Source: an uncultured Christensenella sp.
Lineage (GTDB): Bacteria; Bacillota; Clostridia; Christensenellales; UBA3700
DNA length: 64,000 nucleotides
Direction of reading: 5' to 3'
Assembly (NCBI GenBank): GCA_910584975.1
Contig: CAJUEA010000003.1
Coordinates: 34,236 to 98,235, forward strand
Part shown: positions 1 through 10,270 of the stretch, one piece after another
Position numbering within the stretch: the stretch's first letter is position 1
How the letters are laid out: every line of letters begins with the position of its first letter
Notes under the pieces: generated by a model
Databases searched by the model: none
Told to the model about the DNA's origin: nothing
What the model saw: only the letters and a program-made list of their open reading frames with translations
Translations under genes and position numbers: made by a program

Positions 1-3000
1 AAATTCAAGGCATAAACTTCAAAACATTTAATGCATCAGAAAAAATAAAAGACTTTGTGGAAAAGTTTGCAGTAAAAAACATTCCTGAAATTGCAAGAAA
101 AGAATATTCAAGCGATGTTTATGTTAAAAAGCAAACGATGAAACAAAGCGTTGTTAAAAGACAACTGACAGCTGCAACAATAGGTGAAATAACCGTTTCC
201 GACCAATCAAAATTGAAAATGGCAAATCAATTTTTGGAAAGGGATAACTTTGCAAGCGCTGCTAGTCTTTGCAAAAATATGATAAGAGAAAATCCGTCCA
301 ACAGCGAGGCTTATTGGATGCTGTTTTTGGCGGAAAACAATTGCTCAAACGAAAAAGAGTTTAAAAACTTGCAAGCAGAGGTTGACGATTTTGACAATTT
401 GGAAAAAGCCATTGCATCAGTCAGCGATTATGCAAGAAAACGAGTTTTTTATTCTGCATTGTATTACTATGCGAAAAAGACTTTGCATTTAAATGCTTAT
501 GTAGAGTTTATCACTCTTCCTGACAGCAAAGATAGAAATATTGAGGAATTATCCAAAGTTTTTTATCAAAAAGCATTGACTGAAAAAAATGAAGATATAT
601 TCAATCAAGTGATCAAAACAATCACCAACACCGACCAATACATTGATATGAACTTTGAGTTTGCAAACATTTTGCCTGCAGATTCAGCGCAAAAGTATTA
701 TGACAATATTTTGAAGGTGGATGAGGGACATCATAAGGCATTGTGGCATTCGTTTGTAAACGGCATTCCCGATTTGTTTGCATATTTTTCAGATGAAAAC
801 AATTTTAAACTTATTGAAGACAAAATTTATTCCTACGGCTTTAATGAGTATGCAACTGACAGATTGATTGAAATGGTGCAAAGCAATCTTGAGGAAAACA
901 TTGACAATGCTTGCAAAATTTTTGATTTTATCATTTCAATGATTCCAAAGGAAAATAATGACTTGTACCTTGAATACTTGAATGATATGGTTGACAAGCT
1001 TATCAAACTTGGCAGATTCGGAAAGGTTACAAAATACAACGAAATGTTGTTGGTTATGGATCAATATGACCATAATGCGCATTTCAACAGATGCCTTATC
1101 ACTCACAATATTTCAAATCCTATCGGGCTTGTTAAATATGCAGATAGGTTTATGGATGACAAGAATTTTTATGCTGCAATGAGTAGCTATAGCGAAAAAT
1201 ATCCCGATAATGACAATATTTATATGGAAATTGCTAGTCAGTTGGAAAAATTGTTTTGTGTGAATGATTATCCAGATATTTTGGATAACATTGTAAGTCG
1301 TGTTTATGTAAGCCGTGATGAACTTGTCAATTGCTATGACACAATAATAAATGTTATCCAAGCTGTTGGAAACAAGCTTTACAATGGCATTTTGCAGGAG
1401 CATAATTGCAAAACGGATAGGGATTTTTATCAGCTGACTGAAGATGTTACAAAAAACAAACATTGGCAGATGATAAGAGACATTGCCGTTATTTGCAATG
1501 ACAAAGATAAAATTCAAATTGTTGACGAATTGAGGGAATCACAGCCATATATAAGTAGAAAAAACAGAGTAGAGATTAAAAGTTTAAGAACTTTAAGGAC
1601 TTTAGCATTTACAAATATCATTGTGATTTTTGCAATAATTGCGTTTTTTGTATCTTTTACATTGCGTTCAAGCATTCAAAAACTAGATTATTTTTATTAT
1701 CTAATATTCGGAACAACAAATTTTCATGCTGCATTTATTGTAGTTTTTATATTTGCAATAGTTGGAATTGTAATTTGTTTGTTTAAGCTTTTAGTTATTC
1801 AAAGAACGCCAAAAAAAACAGAAATAATAAAACTGAGAATGGGCAAGTACTATTCAATTATTTCAAATGTAATTGCAAGTGCAGTATTAATTGCACTTTT
1901 CAGTATTTTGATTGTTCCTTCGGTCAAAATATCTCAAGCAAACACAGGTAAAAACGGCTTGTACACTTTCAATGATAATATGTTTGATTTGAAGGAAGTT
2001 GCAGGTGGTTATTCTATTGAGAGAGTTTTGGTAGAACAAACTGAAATAACAATTCCTAGTAAAATTAATTTCAAACAAATTGTGGAAATTGGTGATGAGG
2101 CGTTTTATAACAATTATAAGTTGAAAAGTGTGTATTTGCCAAATTCAATAAAACATATTGGCAATAGTGCTTTTTATGGTTGCAGTCAAATTGAAAGCAT
2201 TGTGTTGCCTGATAGTGTGCTTAGCATAGGCGATAGAGCATTCAAAGATTGTAGAAACCTAAAAACCCTTGTAATGGGTGCAAACGCAAATAATGTAGGA
2301 ACAGATGCTTTCAAAAATTGTGAGATAGAGGACGCAATTGTGCCGTCAACTGCTGTAAGATTTTTGGACGAGGAAAAGTTGATTTCTCTTGAAATTTTGG
2401 GGTCAACGATTTCTGACATAGATTTTGATGAATTTGAGAATTTGGAAAAACTTGTTTTGAATGAAGGTATAAGATCAATTCCTTATCAAGCTTTTGCGCA
2501 GTGCAGAAATCTTAAAGAAGTTGTAATACCAAATAGCGTTACAACGGTTACAACAAATGCGTTTGGCAATTGTAGGATAGAAAAAGCAACTATGCCAAAT
2601 ATTTGGTTGAAATATTTTCCAAAAACTTACTTGCGAGAGATAGTTATCACAAATGGGGACAGTTTGGATGACAGTGCGTTCAGCAATAACGCTTTTAATC
2701 TTGAAAGAGTTGTTCTGCCAAATGGTATGACAAGCATTGGCAATTATGCTTTTAGTCGGTGCCAAAAATTGAAAAATGTTACATTGCCATCCACATTGAC
2801 AACAATTGGAGATTATGCATTTTATGGTTGTACATCTCTTAAGCAATTGGATATTCCACAAAGTGTAAAGTATATTGGGGACAATGCTTTTGAAGATAGT
2901 GGTATTGAAGAAATTGAACTGCCTGACAATGTTACAAGTCTTGGAGATAATGTTTTTTCAAGTTGTGATAATTTGAAAAGTGTAGTTTTGGGCAAAGGTA

Positions 3001-4013
3001 TTAAAAAAATAGGTCAAAGGACTTTTTACAATTGCAGTAACCTTGAGAGCATTTCAATGTCAGATGAAGTGACTGAAATTGGCGATTATGCATTTTATTA
3101 TTGTATAAAGTTAAAAAATATAAATTTGCCAACAAATTTAACAGCAATAGGCAACTATGCTTTTAGCAACTGTGAAAGTTTGGCTGGCATTGCAATTCCA
3201 AATAATCTTCAAATGATTAATCAAAATGTCTTTTCTGATTGTTATCAATTAAAAAGTGTTAAATTTGGCACAAGTTTAAAAACAATTGGATATAATGCTT
3301 TTGAAGGGTGTAGGAGCTTGACTGAGCTTAACTTTGAACATGTTGAAAGCATTGGTAATACAAGTTTTTTTGATTGCGACGGACTTTTAAAAGTTACATT
3401 GAGTAGCAATGTAAAAACTATTGGATACAACGCGTTTTTTGGATGTGATGGAGCTATATTTTATTGCGAGTCAAAAAGTAAGCCAAATAACTGGAATAGC
3501 AGTTGGATGGCAGAGAATTACGCAGTAATTTGGGATTATAAAAATAATACCACCCCTGGCTATCTTCAGTTGAATGGAGTCAAATATACTTTAAATCATA
3601 ATGATAAAACAGCAGTCATTGAAAAACAATCATATAGCTTGAATGGTGATGTGGAAATTCCTGCAAATGTTGAGTGTAATAATGTTGCATTTTCGGTAAA
3701 AACCATAAAAGATAGTGCATTTGATGCTTGCAAAATTAAAAACATTAAAATTGCAGATGGTGTTGAAATTGAGGCAAGAGCTTTTTTCAATTGTTTTGAA
3801 TTGGAAAGTATACAATTGCCAGTAACTTTAACGAAATTACCGTATTGGATTATTTATTCTTGCAGAAATTTGTCAAAAATATATTTTGACGGCACAAGTA
3901 GTCAATGGCTAAATTTGCAAAAAAATGAAAATTGGGCTGCAATGACAAGTAATTTTACCATTGAATGTTCTGACGGCAAAATTTTAAGCAAAGATGATGC
4001 AATACTAAATTAG
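1..4013 (+). CDS. Large membrane protein: TPR-like N-terminal region, three predicted TM helices, C-terminal BspA-type leucine-rich repeats (LRR_5-like). The 5' end is probably outside the window.
   Basis: ORF track gives 57..4013 (GTG start, no SD upstream). The same frame has no stop back to base 3. Hydrophobic helices lie at about aa 515-620. Then come many degenerate ~23-aa repeats of the type IP.SV..IG..AF..C..L..I. Confidence 0.75.
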   Translation, partial: IQGINFKTFNASEKIKDFVEKFAVKNIPEIARKEYSSDVYVKKQTMKQSVVKRQLTAATIGEITVSDQSKLKMANQFLERDNFASAASLCKNMIRENPSNSEAYWMLFLAENNCSNEKEFKNLQAEVDDFDNLEKAIASVSDYARKRVFYSALYYYAKKTLHLNAYVEFITLPDSKDRNIEELSKVFYQKALTEKNEDIFNQVIKTITNTDQYIDMNFEFANILPADSAQKYYDNILKVDEGHHKALWHSFVNGIPDLFAYFSDENNFKLIEDKIYSYGFNEYATDRLIEMVQSNLEENIDNACKIFDFIISMIPKENNDLYLEYLNDMVDKLIKLGRFGKVTKYNEMLLVMDQYDHNAHFNRCLITHNISNPIGLVKYADRFMDDKNFYAAMSSYSEKYPDNDNIYMEIASQLEKLFCVNDYPDILDNIVSRVYVSRDELVNCYDTIINVIQAVGNKLYNGILQEHNCKTDRDFYQLTEDVTKNKHWQMIRDIAVICNDKDKIQIVDELRESQPYISRKNRVEIKSLRTLRTLAFTNIIVIFAIIAFFVSFTLRSSIQKLDYFYYLIFGTTNFHAAFIVVFIFAIVGIVICLFKLLVIQRTPKKTEIIKLRMGKYYSIISNVIASAVLIALFSILIVPSVKISQANTGKNGLYTFNDNMFDLKEVAGGYSIERVLVEQTEITIPSKINFKQIVEIGDEAFYNNYKLKSVYLPNSIKHIGNSAFYGCSQIESIVLPDSVLSIGDRAFKDCRNLKTLVMGANANNVGTDAFKNCEIEDAIVPSTAVRFLDEEKLISLEILGSTISDIDFDEFENLEKLVLNEGIRSIPYQAFAQCRNLKEVVIPNSVTTVTTNAFGNCRIEKATMPNIWLKYFPKTYLREIVITNGDSLDDSAFSNNAFNLERVVLPNGMTSIGNYAFSRCQKLKNVTLPSTLTTIGDYAFYGCTSLKQLDIPQSVKYIGDNAFEDSGIEEIELPDNVTSLGDNVFSSCDNLKSVVLGKGIKKIGQRTFYNCSNLESISMSDEVTEIGDYAFYYCIKLKNINLPTNLTAIGNYAFSNCESLAGIAIPNNLQMINQNVFSDCYQLKSVKFGTSLKTIGYNAFEGCRSLTELNFEHVESIGNTSFFDCDGLLKVTLSSNVKTIGYNAFFGCDGAIFYCESKSKPNNWNSSWMAENYAVIWDYKNNTTPGYLQLNGVKYTLNHNDKTAVIEKQSYSLNGDVEIPANVECNNVAFSVKTIKDSAFDACKIKNIKIADGVEIEARAFFNCFELESIQLPVTLTKLPYWIIYSCRNLSKIYFDGTSSQWLNLQKNENWAAMTSNFTIECSDGKILSKDDAILN

Positions 4014-4161
4014 TATTGATAGTAAATATAAGGATATTTTTATAATGATTTTTTTAATTAAAATATGTTATTATTAATTAAAGAATATTAATAAAGCATA
4101 TTTCATTTGTTGTCTTTGATACTTTTTCATTTTTATAAATTTTATGATAACCCAAAACTTT

Positions 4162-4197
4162 CCTCGTAAAGCATTTGTTTTACGGGGAATTTTTTTT
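4162..4197 (+). terminator. Rho-independent terminator after the LRR gene
   Basis: Stem cctcgtaaa (4162-4170) pairs with tttacgggg (4179-4187), followed by a T7 run at 4191-4197. A second hairpin, ttacgggaa/ttcccgtaa, follows at 4196-4223. Confidence 0.6.
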
Positions 4198-4375
4198 ACG
4201 GGAATAACAAACATTTCCCGTAATTTACTATCATTTTTATGGGAAAGTTGTGTTATTAATATGTTAATTACTGGAAGAAATCAAAAAATAAATTTTAATT
4301 TTCTCAATTTGCATTGATTTTTAAGGTGTGAAATGTAAAATTTTAACAATTTTTTAAAAAAATCAGCATAAAGTA

Positions 4376-4403
4376 TTGACAATTTGCTATAATAGAGTAT
4401 AAT
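4376..4403 (+). promoter_or_regulatory. Sigma-A type promoter of the hrcA operon
   Basis: TTGACA (4376-4381), 16-nt spacer, TATAAT (4398-4403), immediately upstream of CIRCE. Confidence 0.7.
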
Positions 4404-4407
4404 AGAA

Positions 4408-4434
4408 TTAGCAGTCAAGGGGTGAGAGTGCTAG
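4408..4434 (+). promoter_or_regulatory. CIRCE operator (HrcA binding site)
   Basis: TTAGCAGTC-N9-GAGTGCTAG versus the consensus TTAGCACTC-N9-GAGTGCTAA. It sits between the promoter and hrcA. Confidence 0.85.
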
Positions 4435-4501
4435 CAACCTAAACACTAAATTGAAAAATTGCTTGAATTTATGCTTATTTAAGCTGTGATAAGGAGGGAA
4501 T

Positions 4502-5509
4502 ATGAAAATCAGTGAACGCAAAAGCAAAATATTAAAATCGCTAATTGACAATTATATTTCAACCTGTGAGCCAATCAGTAGCAGTCAAATCAAGCAGGCG
4601 TGTTTGCCGGAAGTTAGTTCTGCAACAATCCGTAGTGAAATGGTGGCACTTGAAGAAATGGGTTATCTTGTTCAACCTCATAAGTCTGCGGGCAGAGTTC
4701 CTTCCTCCAAAGCTTATCGCTACTATGTTGACAATTTGATTGACAGGGATGCCATTGATAGGCAAATGGATAATTTTGTTGACTATTTTGACAGAAATTT
4801 TAGCGATGTTGAGCAAGTTGTAAAAAACACAGCAAAAGTGATAAGTGACATCACAAATTACACATCCATTGTGGTTATGGGTGGTGTGGATAGCATAACT
4901 CTTAAAGATATTAAACTTGTGGATATTGGCGATGATAGTGCATTGCTTGTGATAATCACAGATAGTGGACTTTTAAAAGACAAAATCATTGATATCCCTC
5001 AAAATATGAAAAACAAGTTTTTTGCTCAAGCAAATGAAATGCTTGTTCAAATGTTTGCAGGAAAGACTGTGAAGGAAATTACTGACAACAGCGATATTAT
5101 TGTGCAATCTTCAATAAGCGAATATAGGGCATTGTTTCAAGAAGTTTTGGAAATGTTGCAAAACTATAAGCGCAAAGAAGAAAGCAGAATGTATATGGAA
5201 GGCACAGACAAAATTTTTGATTACAAAGAATTTGAAGATGTAGGAAATGTGAAAAACTTTTTGTCAGTTATCAACACAGGAGAAAAATTGCACAGCTTGA
5301 TAAGTCAAGATGATGTGGAAATTAATATAAAAATAGGAAAAGATGAAAACGCTGAGGAAAATATGGCTGTGGTTACTGCAAAATGTGTTATTGCAGGCAA
5401 AGAAGTGGGGCACGCAGTTGTAATCGGACCTGAAAGAATGGATTATCAAAAGGTTTTAGGCGTTCTTGGTGGAGTAACCAAAGCGATTGAAAAGATAAAA
5501 AAGGAGTAG
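4502..5509 (+). CDS. hrcA: Heat-inducible transcription repressor HrcA
   Basis: 335 aa. N-terminal winged-helix region (ERKSKILKSLIDNYISTCEPISSSQI), SD aaggaggg, and position ahead of grpE-dnaK-dnaJ. Confidence 0.9.
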   Translation: MKISERKSKILKSLIDNYISTCEPISSSQIKQACLPEVSSATIRSEMVALEEMGYLVQPHKSAGRVPSSKAYRYYVDNLIDRDAIDRQMDNFVDYFDRNFSDVEQVVKNTAKVISDITNYTSIVVMGGVDSITLKDIKLVDIGDDSALLVIITDSGLLKDKIIDIPQNMKNKFFAQANEMLVQMFAGKTVKEITDNSDIIVQSSISEYRALFQEVLEMLQNYKRKEESRMYMEGTDKIFDYKEFEDVGNVKNFLSVINTGEKLHSLISQDDVEINIKIGKDENAEENMAVVTAKCVIAGKEVGHAVVIGPERMDYQKVLGVLGGVTKAIEKIKKE

Positions 5510-5512
5510 GAC

Positions 5513-6061
5513 ATGGAAGAAAAGGAAATTTTGAGTGAGCAAGCTTGCGAGCAAGAAAACATTGAGGCTTGTGAGTCAGAGGCAAAAGAAGAGACAGCTG
5601 CCAAGCCAAAAAGAAAAAATAAAGCACAAATGGAGCTATTAAAACTTACTGAAGAAAATGAGAAACTTCAAAACTACGCACTTCGTATGAAGGCAGATAT
5701 GGAGAATATAAAGAAGCGTAATGAACATATCGCAAGAGATATGTACAATGACGGAAGAAATGATGCAATAATTTCTTTTTTGCCAGTTGTTGACAACTTG
5801 GAGCGTGCTATGAGTCTGGAAATGCCAGACGGAATAAAAGACGGCTTATCAAAAGTAAAAAAGCAAATAGATACGATTTTCGAACGATTAAACATCAAAG
5901 AGATTGAAAGTCTTGGAAAAGAGTTTGACCCAAATTTGCATAATGCATTAATGCAAATTGATGACGAGGAAAACAGTGGAAAGTGTGTTCAAGTTTATGA
6001 AAAAGGTTACAAAATAAATGACAAAATTTTGCGTCACGCAAGTGTTGTTGTTGCAAAATAA
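5513..6061 (+). CDS. grpE: Nucleotide exchange factor GrpE
   Basis: 182 aa with a charged N-terminus and a GrpE core (RMKADMENIKKR ... FDPNLHNA). Confidence 0.9.
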   Translation: MEEKEILSEQACEQENIEACESEAKEETAAKPKRKNKAQMELLKLTEENEKLQNYALRMKADMENIKKRNEHIARDMYNDGRNDAIISFLPVVDNLERAMSLEMPDGIKDGLSKVKKQIDTIFERLNIKEIESLGKEFDPNLHNALMQIDDEENSGKCVQVYEKGYKINDKILRHASVVVAK

Positions 6062-6155
6062 TAGTTTTGAGAGAGCAAAACTTATCTAAAACAAATAGTT
6101 AATAATAACAAAATGTTATTTAAATAAGAAATTTATCAAAAGGAGATATAAAATT

Positions 6156-7973
6156 ATGGCAAAAATAATTGGTATTGATTTAGGTACAACTAACTCTTGC
6201 GTTGCTGTTATGGAAGGTGGCGAGCCACAGGTTATAGCAAATGCCGAGGGCAATAGAACAACTCCGTCAGTGGTTGCATTTGCAAAAGACGGGGAAAGAT
6301 TGGTTGGTGCAACTGCAAAAAGACAGGCTGTTGCAAACACTGACAGAACAATTTCTTCAATCAAAAGACATATGGGTAGTGATTACAAGGTTACTATCGA
6401 TGGCAAAAAATTTACACCACAAGAAATTTCAAGTATGGTGCTTGGCAAACTAAAACAAGATGCAGAGGCTTTTCTTGGCGAAAAGGTTACACAAGCTGTA
6501 ATCACTGTTCCAGCTTACTTTACTGATGCTCAAAGACAAGCAACAAAAGATGCAGGCAAAATTGCAGGACTTGATGTTTTGCGTATTATCAACGAGCCAA
6601 CAGCAGCTGCTTTGGCTTATGGTTTGGATAAAGACACAACAAATGCTCAAAAAGTTTTGATTTATGACTTGGGTGGTGGCACATTCGATGTTTCTGTGTT
6701 GGAGCTTGATAATGGCATGTTCCAAGTTCTTGCAACTTGTGGAGATAACAAGCTTGGTGGTGACGACTTTGACAAAAGAGTTGCTGATTATATTTTGGAT
6801 GAATTTAAAAAGTCTGAAAACATTTTTTTGTCAAAAGATAAAATGGCTATGCAAAGAATTATTGAGGCTGCTGAAAAAGCAAAAATTGAGCTTTCAAGCC
6901 TTTCTAAAACAAACATCAACTTGCCATTTATCACTGTTACAGCTGATGGCCCAAAATCAATTGATATCGATTTGACAAGAGCAAAATTTGATTCAATGAC
7001 ATCTGATTTGGTTGAAAGAACAATGAAACCACTTCGTCAAGCTTTGTCTGATGCAGGTTTGTCAAGCAATGACATTGCAAAAGTTATTTTGGTTGGTGGT
7101 TCAACTCGTATTCCTGCAGTTGTTGAGGCTGTTAAAAAAGCAACAGGAAAAGAGCCATACAAAGGCATTAACCCAGATGAGTGTGTTGCAATCGGTGCAG
7201 CAATTCAAGGTGGCGTGCTAACAGGTGATGTAAAAGATATGGTGCTTGTTGATGTTACTCCACTTTCACTTGGTATTGAAACTGCTGGTGGTGTGTTTAC
7301 AGTGCTTATCCCAAGAAACACTTCTATCCCAACAAGCAAATCGCAAGTTTTCTCAACTTATGCTGACAATCAACCTGCTGTTGATGTTCATGTTTTGCAA
7401 GGCGAGAGAAGTATGGCAAGTGACAACAAAACTTTGGGCAGATTTGTTTTGGATGGTATTCCTCCTGCACCAAGAGGAGTTCCACAAATTGAAATTACTT
7501 TTGATATCGATGCAAATGGTATCGTAAATGTTAAGGCTTTGGATAAAGGCACAAACAAAACTCAAAGTGTAACAATCACAGCATCTTCAAACTTGAGTGA
7601 CGCTGATATTGATGCAGCTGTTAAAGAGGCAGAAAAATATGCTGAAGAGGACAAAAAGCGTAAAGAGGCTGTTGATGCTAAAAACGAGGCAGAACAATTG
7701 ATTTTTGCATCTGAAAAGTTTATGAAAGAGAATGGCGAAAAGCTTACTGAAGATGAAAAAACAAAAATTCAAGAGGCTATCGACAAGGCAAAAGCAGATC
7801 TTGCAAAGGAAACTGAGGCTGATGCTATCCGTAAAGTAATTGAGGCAATGAGCGAAGTTACTGGACCTATCTTTACAAGAATTTATCAAGAAACAGCTCA
7901 AGCTGAGCAAGCAAACAAAAATGGCGCAGATCCAAATGGCGATGTAGTTGTTGACGCTAACCCAGAGGAATAA
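6156..7973 (+). CDS. dnaK: Chaperone DnaK (Hsp70)
   Basis: 605 aa with Hsp70 signatures [18 protein letters not shown] and [13 protein letters not shown]. Confidence 0.97.
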   Translation: MAKIIGIDLGTTNSCVAVMEGGEPQVIANAEGNRTTPSVVAFAKDGERLVGATAKRQAVANTDRTISSIKRHMGSDYKVTIDGKKFTPQEISSMVLGKLKQDAEAFLGEKVTQAVITVPAYFTDAQRQATKDAGKIAGLDVLRIINEPTAAALAYGLDKDTTNAQKVLIYDLGGGTFDVSVLELDNGMFQVLATCGDNKLGGDDFDKRVADYILDEFKKSENIFLSKDKMAMQRIIEAAEKAKIELSSLSKTNINLPFITVTADGPKSIDIDLTRAKFDSMTSDLVERTMKPLRQALSDAGLSSNDIAKVILVGGSTRIPAVVEAVKKATGKEPYKGINPDECVAIGAAIQGGVLTGDVKDMVLVDVTPLSLGIETAGGVFTVLIPRNTSIPTSKSQVFSTYADNQPAVDVHVLQGERSMASDNKTLGRFVLDGIPPAPRGVPQIEITFDIDANGIVNVKALDKGTNKTQSVTITASSNLSDADIDAAVKEAEKYAEEDKKRKEAVDAKNEAEQLIFASEKFMKENGEKLTEDEKTKIQEAIDKAKADLAKETEADAIRKVIEAMSEVTGPIFTRIYQETAQAEQANKNGADPNGDVVVDANPEE

Positions 7974-8000
7974 AATACAAAAAAATTACCCTTTGACTTT

Positions 8001-8024
8001 TTCGCCGATTTTCAAGTCGGCGAA
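8001..8024 (+). terminator. Hairpin after dnaK (weak terminator or attenuator)
   Basis: ttcgccga (8001-8008) pairs with tcggcgaa (8017-8024). The following T tract is interrupted. Confidence 0.45.
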
Positions 8025-8113
8025 ATTAGTCGTATTTTGAAATGAATTTTATTTGATTTGTTTTTTGTGATTTTGTTAAAACATAAAACACAATTTTAAT
8101 TAGTTTTTTTTAA

Positions 8114-8140
8114 TAATAGCGATTTTCGTAGTGTTTTTTA
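8114..8140 (+). repeat. 27-nt element TAATAGCGATTTTCGTAGTGTTTTTTA (partner at 14346-14372)
   Basis: Identical to 14346-14372 except for one base (G/T). The shared exact 21-mer is cgattttcgtagtgtttttta. Confidence 0.85.
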
Positions 8141-8200
8141 AAAAAATGATTAAGTATGCAACAATAAAATTTGTTTTTGATTAGGTTAAGGAATTTATTT

Positions 8201-9337
8201 ATGGCAGAAAAGAATTATTATGATTTGCTTGGTGTGCAAAAAGGTGCAAGCGAGCAGGAAATTAAGGCGGCTTATCGTAAGGCTGTAATGAAATATCATC
8301 CGGATAGATACGCAACAAAACCTGAGGCAGAACGCAAGCAGGCAGAGGACACTTTTAAGGAAATCAACCACGCATATGATGTTTTGTCCGACCCACAAAA
8401 AAAGGCAAACTATGACCAATACGGAACAGAGGACGGCCCTCAGTTTAATGGTGGGTTCAGTGGTGGCACTGGTGGTTTTGGTGGCTTTGGCTTTGAAGAC
8501 ATCTTCAATCAGTTTTTTGGTGGCAGTGGCAGAACAAGTCGTGCAAATATGCCTATTGACGGCGATGATATTACTATGCGATTGGATATCACTTTTGAGG
8601 AGTCCATCAAAGGCACAGAAAAATCAGTCAAAGTTTATCGAACAGAAAAATGTCCAGACTGCAAAGGCAGTGGCGCAAGTGATCCATCAAAAATTAGTAC
8701 TTGTCCAGATTGTAATGGTACAGGTACTGTAACAATGACTCAAAACACAATTTTTGGCAGGCAGACTGTCAGAACAAAGTGTTCAAGATGTGGTGGCAGT
8801 GGTAAAATTATAACTGAAAAGTGCAAAACTTGTCGTGGTGCTGGAACAATCAAAAAAGAAAGAGTTATTCCTGTTACTATTCCAGCTGGCGTTGACAACG
8901 GACAGACAATTACTTATATGAACGAAGGCGAGGTTGGTGTCAATGGTGGTCAAAACGGCAGATTGATTATTGTGCTTAATGTTAAAGCTCATCCACTTTT
9001 TATAAGGGAAGGCTACGATTTGTATTACAAAGTGCCAATCACTATGACAGAGGCAATCAATGGTGCTAAAGTTGAAATTCCAACAACTGATAAATCGGTT
9101 ACAATCACAATACCACCGGGTACAGCAACGGGTACAAAATTCCGTGTTAAGGGCTATGGTGTAAAATACCTTAAAAAACAAGCGTATGGAGATTTGTATG
9201 TGACAGTCGAAATTGATACTCCACAAAAATTAAGCAAGAAACAACAAGATTTGCTAAAAGCATTTGAAGATTCTTTGGTTGATAAGCAATATGAAAAGCG
9301 TAAATCTTTCCGTACAAAATGGCTTGGCGAAAAGTGA
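8201..9337 (+). CDS. dnaJ: Co-chaperone DnaJ
   Basis: ATG at 8201 after SD aaggaa. J domain YYDLLGV...HPD, G/F-rich linker, four CxxCxGxG zinc motifs. The 8171 TTG extension in the track is unlikely. Confidence 0.95.
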   Translation: MAEKNYYDLLGVQKGASEQEIKAAYRKAVMKYHPDRYATKPEAERKQAEDTFKEINHAYDVLSDPQKKANYDQYGTEDGPQFNGGFSGGTGGFGGFGFEDIFNQFFGGSGRTSRANMPIDGDDITMRLDITFEESIKGTEKSVKVYRTEKCPDCKGSGASDPSKISTCPDCNGTGTVTMTQNTIFGRQTVRTKCSRCGGSGKIITEKCKTCRGAGTIKKERVIPVTIPAGVDNGQTITYMNEGEVGVNGGQNGRLIIVLNVKAHPLFIREGYDLYYKVPITMTEAINGAKVEIPTTDKSVTITIPPGTATGTKFRVKGYGVKYLKKQAYGDLYVTVEIDTPQKLSKKQQDLLKAFEDSLVDKQYEKRKSFRTKWLGEK

Positions 9338-9384
9338 TTGAATATTGATTTGTTTAGATAAAAATTTAATTTAATATCATAATG

Positions 9385-9419
9385 AAAAAACTGCTCCAAA
9401 AGAGCAGTTTTGATTTTTA
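9385..9419. terminator. Bidirectional terminator between dnaJ and the convergent XRE gene
   Basis: aaaactgctc (9387-9396) pairs with gagcagtttt (9402-9411), with an A run before and a T run after. Confidence 0.7.
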
Positions 9420-9432
9420 TTAACAATTAATT

Positions 9433-9705
9433 TTATAATAATTCTTTAATATTGTTTAAATGAGCGATACATTTTTTCAATTCGTTTTTTACATCAGCAG
9501 AATTGTTGCAATTAAGGCTTTTTCTTCCAACCAAATAATCAATAGAGACATTAAAATAGTCAGCAAGTAAAATCAATGCCTCGCTATCTGGACGCGTTTT
9601 GCCTGTTTCGTAGTTTGAAATAGTTTTTTGGTCAATTCCTGTCGCTTTTGACACATCGCTTTGTCTTAAATCGTGGTCTTCTCGCAGTTCTTTTAGTCTT
9701 AACAT
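9433..9705 (-). CDS. XRE-family helix-turn-helix transcriptional regulator
   Basis: 90 aa. HTH_3-like LRQSDVSKATGIDQKTISNYETGKTRP. Confidence 0.85.
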   Translation of the reverse strand: MLRLKELREDHDLRQSDVSKATGIDQKTISNYETGKTRPDSEALILLADYFNVSIDYLVGRKSLNCNNSADVKNELKKCIAHLNNIKELL

Positions 9706-9767
9706 ACATGCTCCTACTAATATTTTACTATTTTTTTATAATTTTAACAAAAATTTAGTAAAAATGC

Positions 9768-9796
9768 TTGACATACTAATAATTTACTTATATAAT
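9768..9796 (+). promoter_or_regulatory. Sigma-A type promoter for the PH-domain gene
   Basis: TTGACA (9768-9773), 17-nt spacer, TATAAT (9791-9796). Confidence 0.6.
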
Positions 9797-9834
9797 AATT
9801 GTATACTAAGTTATTACTTACGGAGGAGATTAAA

Positions 9835-10236
9835 ATGAGTAACTTTTTGGAAAATGATTTGGGTAGAAATGAACAAGTAGTTCTTGTTGGTAAGTTGCAT
9901 ATTTTGACAATATTGCCATGGCATTTTATTAGATATGCAACAACTAAGTTAGGTTTTACTAACAAAAGAGTAGTGGGTAAGGTTGGATTTATTAAAAAAC
10001 AATCATTGGATGCTCCACTAAACAAAATTAACAATGTAGGTGTTAGTCAAGGGCTTTTTGGTAAAATATTTAACTGGGGAAAAGTTAAAATAAACACTTC
10101 TTCAGGCGAATATAGTTTTCCTTGCATTGTAAAGCCAAATGAGTTTAAAAACAAATTAATGGCACAAGTTGATCAATTTGAAGAGGATAGATTGACTGCT
10201 CAAGCTCAACAACTTGCAAATGCAATTAAAAATTAA
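9835..10236 (+). CDS. Bacterial PH-domain (bPH_2/YdbS-like) protein
   Basis: ATG at 9835 after SD ggaggag. 133 aa. The pattern L..NE.V...G....... T.KLGFTNKRV is typical of bPH domains. The family call comes from memory of that pattern. Confidence 0.55.
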   Translation: MSNFLENDLGRNEQVVLVGKLHILTILPWHFIRYATTKLGFTNKRVVGKVGFIKKQSLDAPLNKINNVGVSQGLFGKIFNWGKVKINTSSGEYSFPCIVKPNEFKNKLMAQVDQFEEDRLTAQAQQLANAIKN

Positions 10237-10270
10237 TTAATTGTTTTGCACCAACCATAAAATTTATAAA

